From an uncultured bacterium (GTDB lineage: Bacteria; Acidobacteriota; Thermoanaerobaculia; Multivoradales; JAHZIX01), in assembly GCA_965368975.1 (NCBI GenBank), contig CBDUPA010000011.1, forward strand, positions 32,001 to 96,000: 64,000 bases of DNA. The letters are read 5' to 3'. Below the pieces are notes generated by a model. The model worked only from the letters and a program-made list of their open reading frames with translations. It was not told the DNA's origin and searched no databases. The position numbers and the translations under genes are program-made. This document shows positions 28,701 to 38,109 of this stretch, piece by piece (positions within the stretch are counted from its first letter, which is position 1; every line of letters starts with the position of its first letter).

Positions 28701-29051
28701 GAGGCTGGCGATTTCTTCTTCCAGGAAGTCGGCCAGCTGCAGGGGGCGCAAGAAGCCGCCGGGCTCGATCCGCAGCCACGGCAGGCCCTTGGAGTCCAGC
28801 TCGAGCAAGGTTGCCCACAGGTGGCGGCAGGAGTCGTTGCGCTCGAAACTATTGCAGGTACAGAACGCCCCGTATTCACGTCCGCTGTCGGGGTTGAGGT
28901 AGACGCGGCAGATCTCGTCGCCGGTGACCTCGGCCATGAGTAGCGCAGGACGGGTGACCAATAGCCGCACCTGGCCCGAGCGGAAGTGGTGTTGACCACG
29001 AGCGCGAACCTGCGGCGCGAAGTCTTTATGAAGGGCTTGCGCTAGCGACAT
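25800..29051 (-). CDS. SWIM-SNF2 family helicase
   Basis: CTC..CRH SWIM finger; LADDMGLGKT, ILDEAQ, LSGTPIEN, SLKAGGLGLNL, QAIDRAHRIGQ motifs. Confidence 0.95.
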   Translation of the reverse strand: MSLAQALHKDFAPQVRARGQHHFRSGQVRLLVTRPALLMAEVTGDEICRVYLNPDSGREYGAFCTCNSFERNDSCRHLWATLLELDSKGLPWLRIEPGGFLRPLQLADFLEEEIASLEEETVPRWQTQLSRLRTRLQESQPAYRPLDRGEIVYVLDVDGAVDAGTPVLELHSRQRKSNGNWGVLKAFRAAPEEILQLPDPRDRQILSALRGARSDEDRFFGVSQEPSSPSYLLDDSNAGLLMPLLCRTGRFHLRRNGELGETPLEWHDGPPWVLGLRISTNDEGCQVRGFLRRPRGPENSNGNDSDEYMDLGEPELLLMYGQLFADGHVAAFDHRGAFAWVTLLRQEQVLEAGPKEKEALIEAILDLPSQPLLELPDDWRLKHDVEPQPHVVAEVDTRDGSVRRRVGCLLCFNYDGQQVRLRDPRPLVRREDGRELLARQPQAEAKALQHLANMGARLGAEEDPYDAYLTPRRFPELVRDLLEEGWRVEADGKIHRPIGQFQLALSSGADWFELRGEIEFEGEPVPLPRLLAAVRAGHNTVQLGDGSVGLLPEDWLKRCGLLAALGEEEDGHVRFNASQGALLDSLLATLPEVQQDGRFHGFRRRLQKFEGVRARREPTTFRGMLREYQRQALGWFQFLRDFGFGGCLADDMGLGKTVQVLALLEERRRARNTTGTSLVVVPRSLVFNWLREAARFTPRLTTLDYTGIHREGLRKQIAEHHLIITTYGILRRDVLVFQEHDFDYVILDEAQAIKNPSSQSAKAARLLRGRNRLALSGTPIENHLGELWSLFEFLNPGMLGSDGRFKDVLGNGNGTDAASRELLAKAVRPFILRRTKEQVAPDLPEKIEQTLYCDMKPRQRELYDEMRDYYRGSLLQKIDSQGLNRSRMQVLEALLRLRQVACHPALVAEDHRSEASAKLEVLLPQLLEVCDQGHRALVFSQFTSLLALVRKALDQAGLQYEYLDGQTRNRQERVENFQSDDGPPVFLISLKAGGLGLNLTAADYVFILDPWWNPAIEAQAIDRAHRIGQTRHVFAYRLICKGTVEEKIIELQQQKRDLADAIIRTDSGPLQELTREDLEVLLS

Positions 29052-29225
29052 TTAGCGGATGTGTAACAACATTGTTGAGGGCTGGTCTGCAGGGGCCAAG
29101 GCAGAAGTATATCATCTTTACGCAAATTAGACCACCTGGACGAGAAGCCTTGCCGGCACGTGTGCACCGGCAAGGAGGTCATGCGGAGCCTCTGCTGCAA
29201 GAGCTCTCGGAGGTCCGCGAGCTCG

Positions 29226-29888
29226 TCAATTCGGTGGTGTTTCTTCTGCGGACGCACCGTCGGGCTGTGACATCTCGGCTTCGGCAGCTGCGCTGGCGGC
29301 AGCATTGGCTGCCGCCGCGGCTTCGGTCTGGAGTTGCTGCTGGCGCTCGGCCAGGGCTTGTTGCAGCTCGCCGTAGTGTGCCTGCACCCGGCTCATGCCG
29401 ATGCCGTTGGTCTCGGTGATCAGGCCGGGTAGGGCTTCGAGCATCTTCTGGCCGGTGGGGGTGCGGTAGAAGGCGCTGATCTCGCGCATCTCGGCTTCGG
29501 AGAAGGTGCGCGCGTAGAGAGTCACGAACTCGTTCTTCAGCTGCTCCCAGCTGAGATAGGTCTCGAAGAAATCTTCCAGAACGTCGCGCATCGGTGCCAG
29601 TTGCGGGTTGCGCTGCACCTGCACGTCGATCATCTGGCGCATTGACAGGTCGAGGGTGTCGTTCATGCCCATGATCTTGATCATCTCGAGCGCGGCTTCG
29701 CGCTGGCTGTCGCTGACGTCGGTGCTCTGCTCGGCAGCGGCGTCGACGCCGGCGGGCGTGGTGCTCACGGTGGCGCTCAAGCCGCCCTGCGCCTGAGCAG
29801 GCAGAGCGAGGATCAGGGCGACAACGATGAGACCTGGGACGATATGGCGAAGCAGCAGGGGCTGGCTGGGGTAGGTGTTTTGTGGCAT
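29226..29888 (-). CDS. DUF2059-like exported protein
   Basis: Signal peptide; LYARTFSEAEMREISAFYRTPTGQKM motif. Confidence 0.8.
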   Translation of the reverse strand: MPQNTYPSQPLLLRHIVPGLIVVALILALPAQAQGGLSATVSTTPAGVDAAAEQSTDVSDSQREAALEMIKIMGMNDTLDLSMRQMIDVQVQRNPQLAPMRDVLEDFFETYLSWEQLKNEFVTLYARTFSEAEMREISAFYRTPTGQKMLEALPGLITETNGIGMSRVQAHYGELQQALAERQQQLQTEAAAAANAAASAAAEAEMSQPDGASAEETPPN

Positions 29889-30018
29889 GGGGGTTTCCTC
29901 CGGCGAAGCGGGTTCTCGATGTTGAATTCATTAGCTTACCTCAACATGTCCGGAAGCGGTGACAGTCGGGATGCTTGTAGCTGCCGGGGACCAGGGAAAG
30001 TCGCTATACTGCCGCGCC

Positions 30019-31503
30019 ATGAGTTCCTTGCCGACCACTGTCCATACCGCCGAGCGCCGCGCCAAGATCATGGCGACTCTCGGTCCCGCCTCGAACACGC
30101 CGGACGTCCTGCGCAGCCTGATCCAGGCTGGGGTCAACATCGTTCGTCTCAACCTGTCGCACGGCACCCACAAGCAGCATGCCGCGGTGGTGCGCTCGGT
30201 GCGGGCGCTGGCAGAGGAGCTGCGCCGCTACGTGCCAGTGGTCGTGGACCTGATGGGACCGCGCTACCGCCTGGGACAGGTGATCGACGGTCCACGCGTG
30301 CTCGACGTTGGGGACACCGTGCAGCTGGGGCCGCCGGAGACGGGGGTCGACCTGCCGGTTGAGGATGCCGAGATCGTCGGCTATCTGCAGCCTGGGGAGC
30401 GTGTGCTGATCGACAATGGTCTGATCGAGCTGCGGGTCGAGTCCCGGCAGGACGAGCATGTGCTGTGCCGTGTGGTGCACGGCGGCTCGGTCACCACGCG
30501 CAAGGGCATCAATCTGCCGGACACCGACCTGCCGTTCCACATTTCGGAAAAGGATGAGGCCGACATTCGCTTCGCGATCGCGATCGAGGCAGACTTGATC
30601 GCGGCCAGTTACGTCGGTCGCGCGCAGCACGTGCACGACGTGCGGGCACGCATCGTGGCGGCTGGCGGAGACCTGCCGGTGATCGCCAAGCTGGAGCGCG
30701 CGGCGGCGGTGGAGGACAGCAACCTTCGCGCCATTCTGGGAGCCGCCAATGGAGTCATGGTGGCGCGTGGTGATCTCGGGGTCGAGGTGCCGCTGGACCA
30801 AGTACCGGTGCTGCAGAAGAAGATCATCGCCGCCGGTCGCCGCGCGGGGCGGCCGGTGATCGTCGCGACGCAGATGATCGAGTCGATGATGGAGCAGCCG
30901 CGGCCCACGCGTGCCGAAGTGTCGGACATCGCCAACGCCGTTTTCGACGGGGCCGATGTCCTGATGCTGTCCGGGGAGACGGCTGCCGGCCGGTATCCGG
31001 TCGAGGCGGTGCAGACGATGGCGCGCATCATCCAGGAGGCCGAGGCGTACCAGGAGGGTGTCACGGACTACAGCCTGGGCCCGATGGAGGTCGCCAGCGA
31101 CGCGCTGGAAGAGAACCTGGACATTTCCAACGCCGTCTCGGCCGCCGCTGCGCGCGCCGCCGAGATGATCGACGTCAAGTACATCGTCGCCTTCAGCCAG
31201 GGCGGCTTCACGGCGCGTCTGGTGACCCGCTACCGACCGCAGGTGCCCGTCCTCGCCTTCACCGTTTCCGTGCGTCTGGCGCGCCGGCTACAAACGTTGT
31301 GGGGGGTGCAGCCGATCGTGCTGGAGCAGAAGGTGGAGCACCACGACGAGGTTGCGGCGCTGGTGGATCGCTACCTGCGCGAGTCCGGTCTGGCGCAGCC
31401 CGGTGATGCGCTCATCCTGCTGATGGGTGATCCGATTTCCGAGCGTCCGCGCACCAATCTGCTGCGCGTCCATCGCGTCCGCGCTGCCGATCCCGAGTCC
31501 TGA
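30019..31503 (+). CDS. pyk: Pyruvate kinase
   Basis: KIMATLGP, RLNLSHG, VMVARGDLGVE, ATQMIESM, PTRAEVSD, MLSGETA motifs. Confidence 0.96.
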   Translation: MSSLPTTVHTAERRAKIMATLGPASNTPDVLRSLIQAGVNIVRLNLSHGTHKQHAAVVRSVRALAEELRRYVPVVVDLMGPRYRLGQVIDGPRVLDVGDTVQLGPPETGVDLPVEDAEIVGYLQPGERVLIDNGLIELRVESRQDEHVLCRVVHGGSVTTRKGINLPDTDLPFHISEKDEADIRFAIAIEADLIAASYVGRAQHVHDVRARIVAAGGDLPVIAKLERAAAVEDSNLRAILGAANGVMVARGDLGVEVPLDQVPVLQKKIIAAGRRAGRPVIVATQMIESMMEQPRPTRAEVSDIANAVFDGADVLMLSGETAAGRYPVEAVQTMARIIQEAEAYQEGVTDYSLGPMEVASDALEENLDISNAVSAAAARAAEMIDVKYIVAFSQGGFTARLVTRYRPQVPVLAFTVSVRLARRLQTLWGVQPIVLEQKVEHHDEVAALVDRYLRESGLAQPGDALILLMGDPISERPRTNLLRVHRVRAADPES

Positions 31504-31508
31504 AGCTC

Positions 31509-33065
31509 GTGGAGACGAGCGAAGCCAAGGCTGTCGCCGGCCGGCTGACCCGACCTCCGCATCCGCGGCTGTTCGAGCTGCTCTACGCCCCTGCCTTCGA
31601 GGCGGATCGCGAGCGGACGTTGCCGTGGCTGCTCGACATCGATGCCGCGCACCTGGTGATGTTGGGACAGCAGTCGTTGCTGCCGGCGGACACGGTGGCA
31701 GACCTGCTCGGCGTCAACCGCGATCTGGCGCGCCGCTGCGCGCGGCAGGGCGCGGCGGCGGTTCTGCCGGCGCCGCCGGTCCACCGCGGCCTGTACCTGC
31801 TCTATGAGCAGCAGTACATCGACCGCCTGGGTCCCGAGCGCGGAGGTGCGGCGCACCTGGCGCGCAGTCGCAACGACATCAACGCCGCGCTCGTGCGTTT
31901 GCGTCTACGTGAGGGGCTCACCGAGCATCTGGACGCCGCGCTCGACCTGCTCGCTGCCGCCGCGCGTCTGGGGCACGCGCACGTCGAGACGGTGATGAGT
32001 GGCTTCACGCACCTGCAGCCAGCGCAGCCGACCAGCCTGGCGCACTACCTGGTGGGTGTGACCTGTGAGCTGGAGCGCGCGGTGGCACGGCTGGTCGACC
32101 TGCTCGGCGCCATCGACCGTTCGCCGCTGGGGGCCGCCGCGGGTCTCGGCACACCCTTCGCGATCGACCGTGAGCAAGTGGCGCATCTGCTCGGTTTCAA
32201 GGGCGTGATCGCCAGTTCCCTGGACGCGGTGGCGTCGCGGGACTTTGCCGTGCGCACGCTCGCCGAACTGGCGCAGATCGGCGCGACGCTCAGTCGCTGG
32301 GCGCTCGACTTCCAGCTCTGGGGTAGTCGCGCCTACGGCTTCCTGGATTGGACGGACGACCTGGTGAGCACGAGCTCGATCATGCCGCAGAAGCGCAACG
32401 CCTACGTGTGGGAGGACATCCGCGGTCTGGCGGTGAAGCCGGCGGGGGCGCTGGTGGACGCGCTGATGGGCGCCAAGAACACACCCTTCAGCAACAGCGT
32501 CGAGGCCGGGACGGCCGCGGTCTCGACCCTGTGGCCGGCGGTGCGGGCGAGCGTCAAGGCGCTACGGCTGGCGTCGCTGTTGATCGCCAATACGAGCGTG
32601 CGGCCGCGGCGCATGCGCCAGTTCGCCGTCGACGCCGAGACCACCATGACCGCTGTCGCCGACCACCTCGTGGCCGTCCATGGCATGGCCTTTCGCAGCG
32701 CGCACGATCTGGTCGGCCAGGCTGTGCAGCGGGCCTTCGAGGCGCACGGCGAGGGCTCGCTCACCGACCCGAAGCTCCTGGCGGAGCTGTTGAACGCGTC
32801 GCTGCCGGCGTCGTGGGAAGGAGGGCCGCTGGAAGCAGCGGGTCTGGCCGAGTTGCTGCAGCCGGAGCACAGCCTGCACGCCGCGGCCTACGGCGGTGGT
32901 CCGGCGCCGGCCGTGGTGGCGCCGCAGCTGCGGGAGCTGGAGCAGCGCGTCGACGCTCACCGCGCGGCGGTGGCGCGGCGGCGCGAGGTCTGGCTCGAGG
33001 CGTGCCAAGAGCTGGACGCCGAGGTGGCACGTCTGTGTCGTGAGGTCTCAGGGGGATCGCCGTGA
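31509..33065 (+). CDS. Argininosuccinate lyase-like enzyme (divergent, biosynthetic type)
   Basis: HLARSRND, GFTHLQPAQP, SSIMPQKRN motifs; GTG start. Confidence 0.88.
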   Translation: METSEAKAVAGRLTRPPHPRLFELLYAPAFEADRERTLPWLLDIDAAHLVMLGQQSLLPADTVADLLGVNRDLARRCARQGAAAVLPAPPVHRGLYLLYEQQYIDRLGPERGGAAHLARSRNDINAALVRLRLREGLTEHLDAALDLLAAAARLGHAHVETVMSGFTHLQPAQPTSLAHYLVGVTCELERAVARLVDLLGAIDRSPLGAAAGLGTPFAIDREQVAHLLGFKGVIASSLDAVASRDFAVRTLAELAQIGATLSRWALDFQLWGSRAYGFLDWTDDLVSTSSIMPQKRNAYVWEDIRGLAVKPAGALVDALMGAKNTPFSNSVEAGTAAVSTLWPAVRASVKALRLASLLIANTSVRPRRMRQFAVDAETTMTAVADHLVAVHGMAFRSAHDLVGQAVQRAFEAHGEGSLTDPKLLAELLNASLPASWEGGPLEAAGLAELLQPEHSLHAAAYGGGPAPAVVAPQLRELEQRVDAHRAAVARRREVWLEACQELDAEVARLCREVSGGSP

Positions 33066-35299
33066 GCGCGGGGCACGTCGTCTTCCTGGAGAGCAATACC
33101 ACGGGCACCGGCGCCCTGGCGCTTCAGCGTCTGCTCGACGACGGTCATGCCGTCACCTTCCTGGCGCGCCGGCCCGAGCTGTACCCGTTTCTCGATGAGG
33201 GGGCACAGGCGCGGCTGCGGGTCGAGACCCTGGAGACCAATGACGAAGCCCTGGTGGCGCGTCGCCTCGAGGCTCTGCACCAGCAGCAGCCGTTGGCCGT
33301 CCTGCTGACCTTCTCGGAGTACTACGTGCCGCTGGTCGCACGCCAGGCGGCACGCTTCGGACTGCCGGGCCTGGACCCGCAGGTGGCGAACGTCTGCCGG
33401 GACAAGCACCAGCTGCGCCGCGTGCTGCGAGAAGCGGGGCTGCCGACCCCGGACTTCGAGCTGGTGCGCAGCGTGGAGGAAGCACGGCAACTGGTGGCCC
33501 GGCGGACGCCGGAGCTACGCTACCCGTGCGTCGTCAAGCCGACTGGCGAGAGTTCCAGCAAGGGTGTGCTGCGGGTCGACGATGCGGATGCCCTGCTGCG
33601 CCACTTCGAGCTGATCCACGGCTGGCGCAGCAACGCGCGTGGCCAGGAGCTGGCAGGCGAGGTGCTGGTGGAGCAGCTACTGGACGGTCCGGAGTACAGC
33701 GTCGAGACGGTGACCCGGGGTCGCGGCGCTGGCGATCTGACCCAGACCCCAGTGCCCACGACTGAGATCGTCAGCGTGGTGGCCAAGCACCTGAGCGATC
33801 CGCCGCTCTTCGTCGAGCTGGGACACGACGTTCCGGCGCCGATCTCGGCGGACCTGGCCGAGGACATTGCTGCTGCCGCGGTCGCCGCGCTCGACGCGGT
33901 GGGCTACGACTTCGGCCCGGCACACACCGAGGTACGGCTGGCCGCCGAGGGTCCGACGGTGGTTGAGATCAATCCGCGCCTGGCGGGCGGCATGATCCCG
34001 GAGCTGATCCGTCACGCGCTGGGACTCGATCTGCTGCAGGCGCTGCTCGATCTGCTGCGCGGTCGGGATCTCGATCTGCGTCCCAAGCGCTCGGAACACG
34101 CGTCGATCCGCTTCCTCACCGCGCCGCGCGATGGCGAACTGGTGGCGGTGCACGGACTCGACGCGGTGCGGGCGCGTCTCGAGGTGCGAGAGGTGACAGT
34201 GAGCAAGGCCGTGGGCAGCCCGGTGCGCTGCGCCACGCAGGCGACGGACCGGCTCGGTCACGTCATTACCAGCGGTCCAGAAGCGGCGCTCGTGCGTCGC
34301 GTCGCGGGGGAAGCCCTGGCGCAGGTGCAGATCGAGGTCAATCCCGAGATCTCACCGCCGGGGCCGGCCAGAGGGCAGAGCTTCCGTCGTGGCGAGGGGG
34401 CGTGCCCCCTGGTGCTCGGTGAGTGCGTCCAGGGCCAGCTCGCGGATGGTACCCACTTTCTGATCACCCTGCCGATCGACGTCTGTTCGCACGCCGAATT
34501 CGAGGTCGACGCCAGCTGCACGCAGACCTTCGTCGAGCCGGCGAGCTGTGCCAAAGCCTTGCTGGCGAGCCAGCGCTACCTCGAGCAACAGGGCCTGCCC
34601 CAGGGCGGACATCTACGGCTGCACACGCCGGTGCGGCCCGGCCTCGGTTTCGGCACCAGCACGGCCGACATTGCCGCCGGGCTGCGCGCGACCGCTGCTG
34701 CTTGGGGCCGGCAGATCAGCCCGGACGAGATCTCGCGCCTGTGCATTGCCATCGAACCCACCGACGGCTCGATGTACGAGGGGTCGGTCGCCTACGCGCA
34801 CCGCGAGGGGCGCGTCCTGGAGCGCTTCGGTCGATTGCCCGACTTCGTAGCCTTGGTGGTGGTCGATGGCGACAGTGTCGATACTGTGGCCTTCGACGAA
34901 CGTCGGCGTCACTTCCACTATCACCCGAGCGAGCAGGAGGATCTGCACCGTGCCTGGCAGCTGGTGCGCGATGCGGCGCGGCGGCAGGATCTACGCTTGA
35001 TGGCGCAGGCGACGCAGCTGAGTGCTGGCATCAATCAGCGTCTGTTGCCCAATCCCTGGTTCGCGGAGTTGAGTGAGCTGGGTCGCGAGTTGGGGGCTTG
35101 CGGTGTCACGGTGGCGCACAGCGGTTCCCTGGCCGCTTTGCTGCTCGACCCCAGCGCGACGGACTTCGAGCACAGCCGGCAGCAGCTGCGAACACGGCTC
35201 GAACACCTGGCGCCCGGTGGCTGGATCGAGGTGCGCCGAGCCCCGGATATCACGACACCAGTTCTCACGACACCGGATCTCAAGGCGGGGGAGACATGA
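33062..35299 (+). CDS. ATP-grasp ligase fused to PduX-like GHMP (threonine) kinase
   Basis: N-terminal FLESNTTGTG, CRDK, VVKP, GPEYSVE, EINPRLAGG; C-terminal GECVQG..FLITLPID, GLGFGTSTADI, IEPTDG, VAHSGS. Confidence 0.85.
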   Translation: MSAGHVVFLESNTTGTGALALQRLLDDGHAVTFLARRPELYPFLDEGAQARLRVETLETNDEALVARRLEALHQQQPLAVLLTFSEYYVPLVARQAARFGLPGLDPQVANVCRDKHQLRRVLREAGLPTPDFELVRSVEEARQLVARRTPELRYPCVVKPTGESSSKGVLRVDDADALLRHFELIHGWRSNARGQELAGEVLVEQLLDGPEYSVETVTRGRGAGDLTQTPVPTTEIVSVVAKHLSDPPLFVELGHDVPAPISADLAEDIAAAAVAALDAVGYDFGPAHTEVRLAAEGPTVVEINPRLAGGMIPELIRHALGLDLLQALLDLLRGRDLDLRPKRSEHASIRFLTAPRDGELVAVHGLDAVRARLEVREVTVSKAVGSPVRCATQATDRLGHVITSGPEAALVRRVAGEALAQVQIEVNPEISPPGPARGQSFRRGEGACPLVLGECVQGQLADGTHFLITLPIDVCSHAEFEVDASCTQTFVEPASCAKALLASQRYLEQQGLPQGGHLRLHTPVRPGLGFGTSTADIAAGLRATAAAWGRQISPDEISRLCIAIEPTDGSMYEGSVAYAHREGRVLERFGRLPDFVALVVVDGDSVDTVAFDERRRHFHYHPSEQEDLHRAWQLVRDAARRQDLRLMAQATQLSAGINQRLLPNPWFAELSELGRELGACGVTVAHSGSLAALLLDPSATDFEHSRQQLRTRLEHLAPGGWIEVRRAPDITTPVLTTPDLKAGET

Positions 35300-36420
35300 T
35301 GCCGACACCAACCAAGGCAACAGCAGCGAAGAAGGTCGACTCCGTGCTGGAGCTGATGCGCGACAGTCCGCTGGTGGCTCTGCGTGGACGCTCGGTGTCG
35401 ACGCCTCGGGCTGATCTGTGGGGCAAGCTGGAGCTGGCGCTACCCGGGGCGATGAAAGACCGTGTCGCGCTCCACATCGTCGAGCGCGCCGAAGCGGCCG
35501 GACAGCTGCAGCCCGGGGGCATGATCGTCGAGAGCTCGTCCGGGACGTTGGCCGAAGGTGTCGCGCGCGTCGGCGCCGTCAAGGGTTATCGGGTGATCAT
35601 CGTCACCGATCCGCGCATCGACGACATGACGCGGCTCAAGCTGTGTGCCCTGGGGGCCGAGGTCGACGTGGTGGAGACTTACCACCCCACCGGCGGCTGG
35701 CAGCAGTCGCGCCTCGAACGGCTGCGGCAGCTTCTGGCCGAGCACCCCGAGGCGTTCTGGACGCGTCAGTACGACAATCCGGACAACGCCGGTGCCTACG
35801 ACGTCCTGGCTCGAGAGCTGCGGGAGGCCCTGGGGGACTCCATTGGTGCCCTGGTCGGATCGGTTGGCAGCGGCGGTTCGCTGTGCGGTACGGCACGCGC
35901 GCTGCGGCGGAGTCTGCCCGAGCTGCGCGTGGTTGCGGTCGACGCCACCGGCTCACTGCTCTTCCACCAGCCCGCCGGCCAGCGGCTGCAGAGCGGGCAC
36001 GGCAACAACGTGGTGGCCGGCAACCTGGACTACCGTCAGATCGACGAGGTGCACTGGATCAACGACAGCGAAGCCTTTCTGGCCTGCGGTGAGCTGGCCA
36101 GGCGTGAAGGTATCTTCGGCGGGGGGTCGTCAGGAGCTGTGTACGTCGCTGCCTCGTGGCTGGCCGAGCAGCTGCCGCCCGGCCGCGACGTCGTTGCCCT
36201 GCTGCCCGATCGTGGCGACCGCTACAGCGCCAAGATCTACGCCCCGGCCTTCCTGGCCGAGCACGGTCTGCACACTGCGGCCGCGGCTGCGCCCCGGCGT
36301 ATTCGCTACGGCGTCGACGTTGCCGAGGCGTGGAGCTGGGCGCCCTTGCCGCACGATGGCTCGGTGCCCTACTGCCGGCCAGATGCCGAGCGCACGGCGG
36401 ATCTGACGTCTGGCTGGTGA
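35296..36420 (+). CDS. PLP-dependent cysteine-synthase-like beta-replacement enzyme
   Basis: GKLE..PGAMKDR (PLP Lys), ESSSGT, QYDNPDN, VGSGGS, LPDRGDRY motifs. Confidence 0.88.
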   Translation: MMPTPTKATAAKKVDSVLELMRDSPLVALRGRSVSTPRADLWGKLELALPGAMKDRVALHIVERAEAAGQLQPGGMIVESSSGTLAEGVARVGAVKGYRVIIVTDPRIDDMTRLKLCALGAEVDVVETYHPTGGWQQSRLERLRQLLAEHPEAFWTRQYDNPDNAGAYDVLARELREALGDSIGALVGSVGSGGSLCGTARALRRSLPELRVVAVDATGSLLFHQPAGQRLQSGHGNNVVAGNLDYRQIDEVHWINDSEAFLACGELARREGIFGGGSSGAVYVAASWLAEQLPPGRDVVALLPDRGDRYSAKIYAPAFLAEHGLHTAAAAAPRRIRYGVDVAEAWSWAPLPHDGSVPYCRPDAERTADLTSGW

Positions 36421-36442
36421 GGGCTGGTAGAATCAATTCATT

Positions 36443-36865
36443 ATGAGCACCATCTTCGACAAGATCCTCAGTGGCGACATTCCCAGCTACCGCGTCTACG
36501 AAGACGAGCACGTCTATGCCTTTCTCGATATCGGCCCGTTGAGTGAGGGCCACACCCTGGTCATCCCCAAGGAAGCCAAAGCCCACCTGCACGAGTTGAG
36601 CGACGAAGCTGCTGGCGCCATCGGCCGCGTGCTGCCGCGCTTGTGCCGGGCGGTGATGAAGGCGACCGGCGCCACGGCCTACAACGTACTGCAGAACAAC
36701 GGCAGCGAAGCGCACCAAGTAGTCATGCACGTGCACTTCCACATCATTCCGAAGTTCGGCAGCGAAGGTCTCGGCATCGGCTGGAACTCCAGCAGCCTGA
36801 CCGAGACGGCGGCTCAACGACTGCTCGCAGGCATGCATCAGGCTCTGGCCGCCGAAGACGGCTGA
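36443..36865 (+). CDS. HIT family nucleotide hydrolase
   Basis: TIFDKIL, AFLDI.P, GHTLVIPK, HVHFHIIP motifs. Confidence 0.93.
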   Translation: MSTIFDKILSGDIPSYRVYEDEHVYAFLDIGPLSEGHTLVIPKEAKAHLHELSDEAAGAIGRVLPRLCRAVMKATGATAYNVLQNNGSEAHQVVMHVHFHIIPKFGSEGLGIGWNSSSLTETAAQRLLAGMHQALAAEDG

Positions 36866-36877
36866 AGCCGTCAGGCC

Positions 36878-38020
36878 ATGGTCAGGACGCAGCCCTCCGA
36901 GCCGACACCCGCGGGCGCACAGTCCCGTACGAGATCGACACGCGATCCCGGCGCCCAATTCTTGCTCACCGCGGCCAGCGTGGTGATCATTGTCGCCGGC
37001 CTCAAACTGGGTGCCGAGTTGCTGCGGCCGATGATCATGTCGCTGTTCCTGGCCGTAGTCTCGATGCCGGTGCTCAACTGGCTGCGCCGCAAGGGCTTGC
37101 CGGTGCCAGCTGCGGTACTGGTGACCCTGCTGGTGGTGCTGGTGGCGTTGTCGAGCATGATCGCGCTGGTCGGTAGCTCGGTGGCCTCTTTCACGGCCCG
37201 AGCTCCGGAGTACCAGGAGCGTCTCGTCGAACTGACGACTTCGGTCGAAGACTGGCTGGTCGTGCAGGGCATGCCGCGCGAGTCCGTGGGCCTGCGCCAA
37301 CTGATCCGGCCGCGCCAGGCCATGGAGTACCTGGTCAACAGTCTGAGCACGGTGGCCGAGGCGGTCTCGGGTGTCACGCTGATACTGCTGACCATGGTCT
37401 TTATCCTGTTCGAGGCAGTGACTTTCGAGAGCAAGCTGCGCTTGGCGTTTCGCCTGCCGCCGGACCAGCCGCACCCGTTCTCCAACATGCTGCGCGAGAT
37501 CCAGCAGTACTTGGGTATCAAGACCGTGGTCAGCCTCGGCACCGGGTTACTGATCGGTACGTGGTGTGGTTTCTGGCATCTCGAGTTCTACATCCTTTGG
37601 GGTCTGGTCGCCTTCGTGCTCAACTACATCCCGAGCATCGGCTCGATCATCGCCGCGATTCCCGCGGTGCTGCTCTCCTTGCTGCAGCAGGGGCCAACGC
37701 ACGCGGTGATTATCGCCGCCGGTTACCTCGCCGTGAATTTCGCCTTCGGCAACTTCCTGGAACCCTCCTGGTTGGGCCGCCGACTCGGGCTCTCGACGCT
37801 GGTCGTGATCCTGTCGCTGATCTTTTGGGGCTGGGCTTGGGGACCGGTCGGCATGCTACTGTCGGTGCCGCTAACGATGGTGGTCAAGATTCTGCTACAG
37901 AACACCAATGACCTCCGCTGGTTGGCCGTCTTGCTGGGCAATCTGCCGCCGAACCCCGACGAGAGGACGGTCGCGGACAAGCTCGCCGATGAGGCCGGGC
38001 CGCAAGGCCGAGTTGGCTGA
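36878..38020 (+). CDS. AI-2E family transporter
   Basis: Multi-TM; LNYIPSIGSIIA, GNFLEP, WGPVGMLLSVPL motifs. Confidence 0.9.
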   Translation: MVRTQPSEPTPAGAQSRTRSTRDPGAQFLLTAASVVIIVAGLKLGAELLRPMIMSLFLAVVSMPVLNWLRRKGLPVPAAVLVTLLVVLVALSSMIALVGSSVASFTARAPEYQERLVELTTSVEDWLVVQGMPRESVGLRQLIRPRQAMEYLVNSLSTVAEAVSGVTLILLTMVFILFEAVTFESKLRLAFRLPPDQPHPFSNMLREIQQYLGIKTVVSLGTGLLIGTWCGFWHLEFYILWGLVAFVLNYIPSIGSIIAAIPAVLLSLLQQGPTHAVIIAAGYLAVNFAFGNFLEPSWLGRRLGLSTLVVILSLIFWGWAWGPVGMLLSVPLTMVVKILLQNTNDLRWLAVLLGNLPPNPDERTVADKLADEAGPQGRVG

Positions 38021-38109
38021 GTGCCGAATCCATCCCACCTCTCACTGCAGACACTCCACTCACTGAAGACACCCCACTTCTTCCGAAGACTTCCCATTCC
38101 GAGGACCTC

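Noticed and set aside
31509-33065. Housekeeping argH
   Set aside because: Divergent N-terminus, no other arg genes, and coupling to ATP-grasp/PLP genes favour a specialised role
38021-38109. TnaC-like leader peptide
   Set aside because: No credible short Trp-containing ORF with an RBS on the + strand
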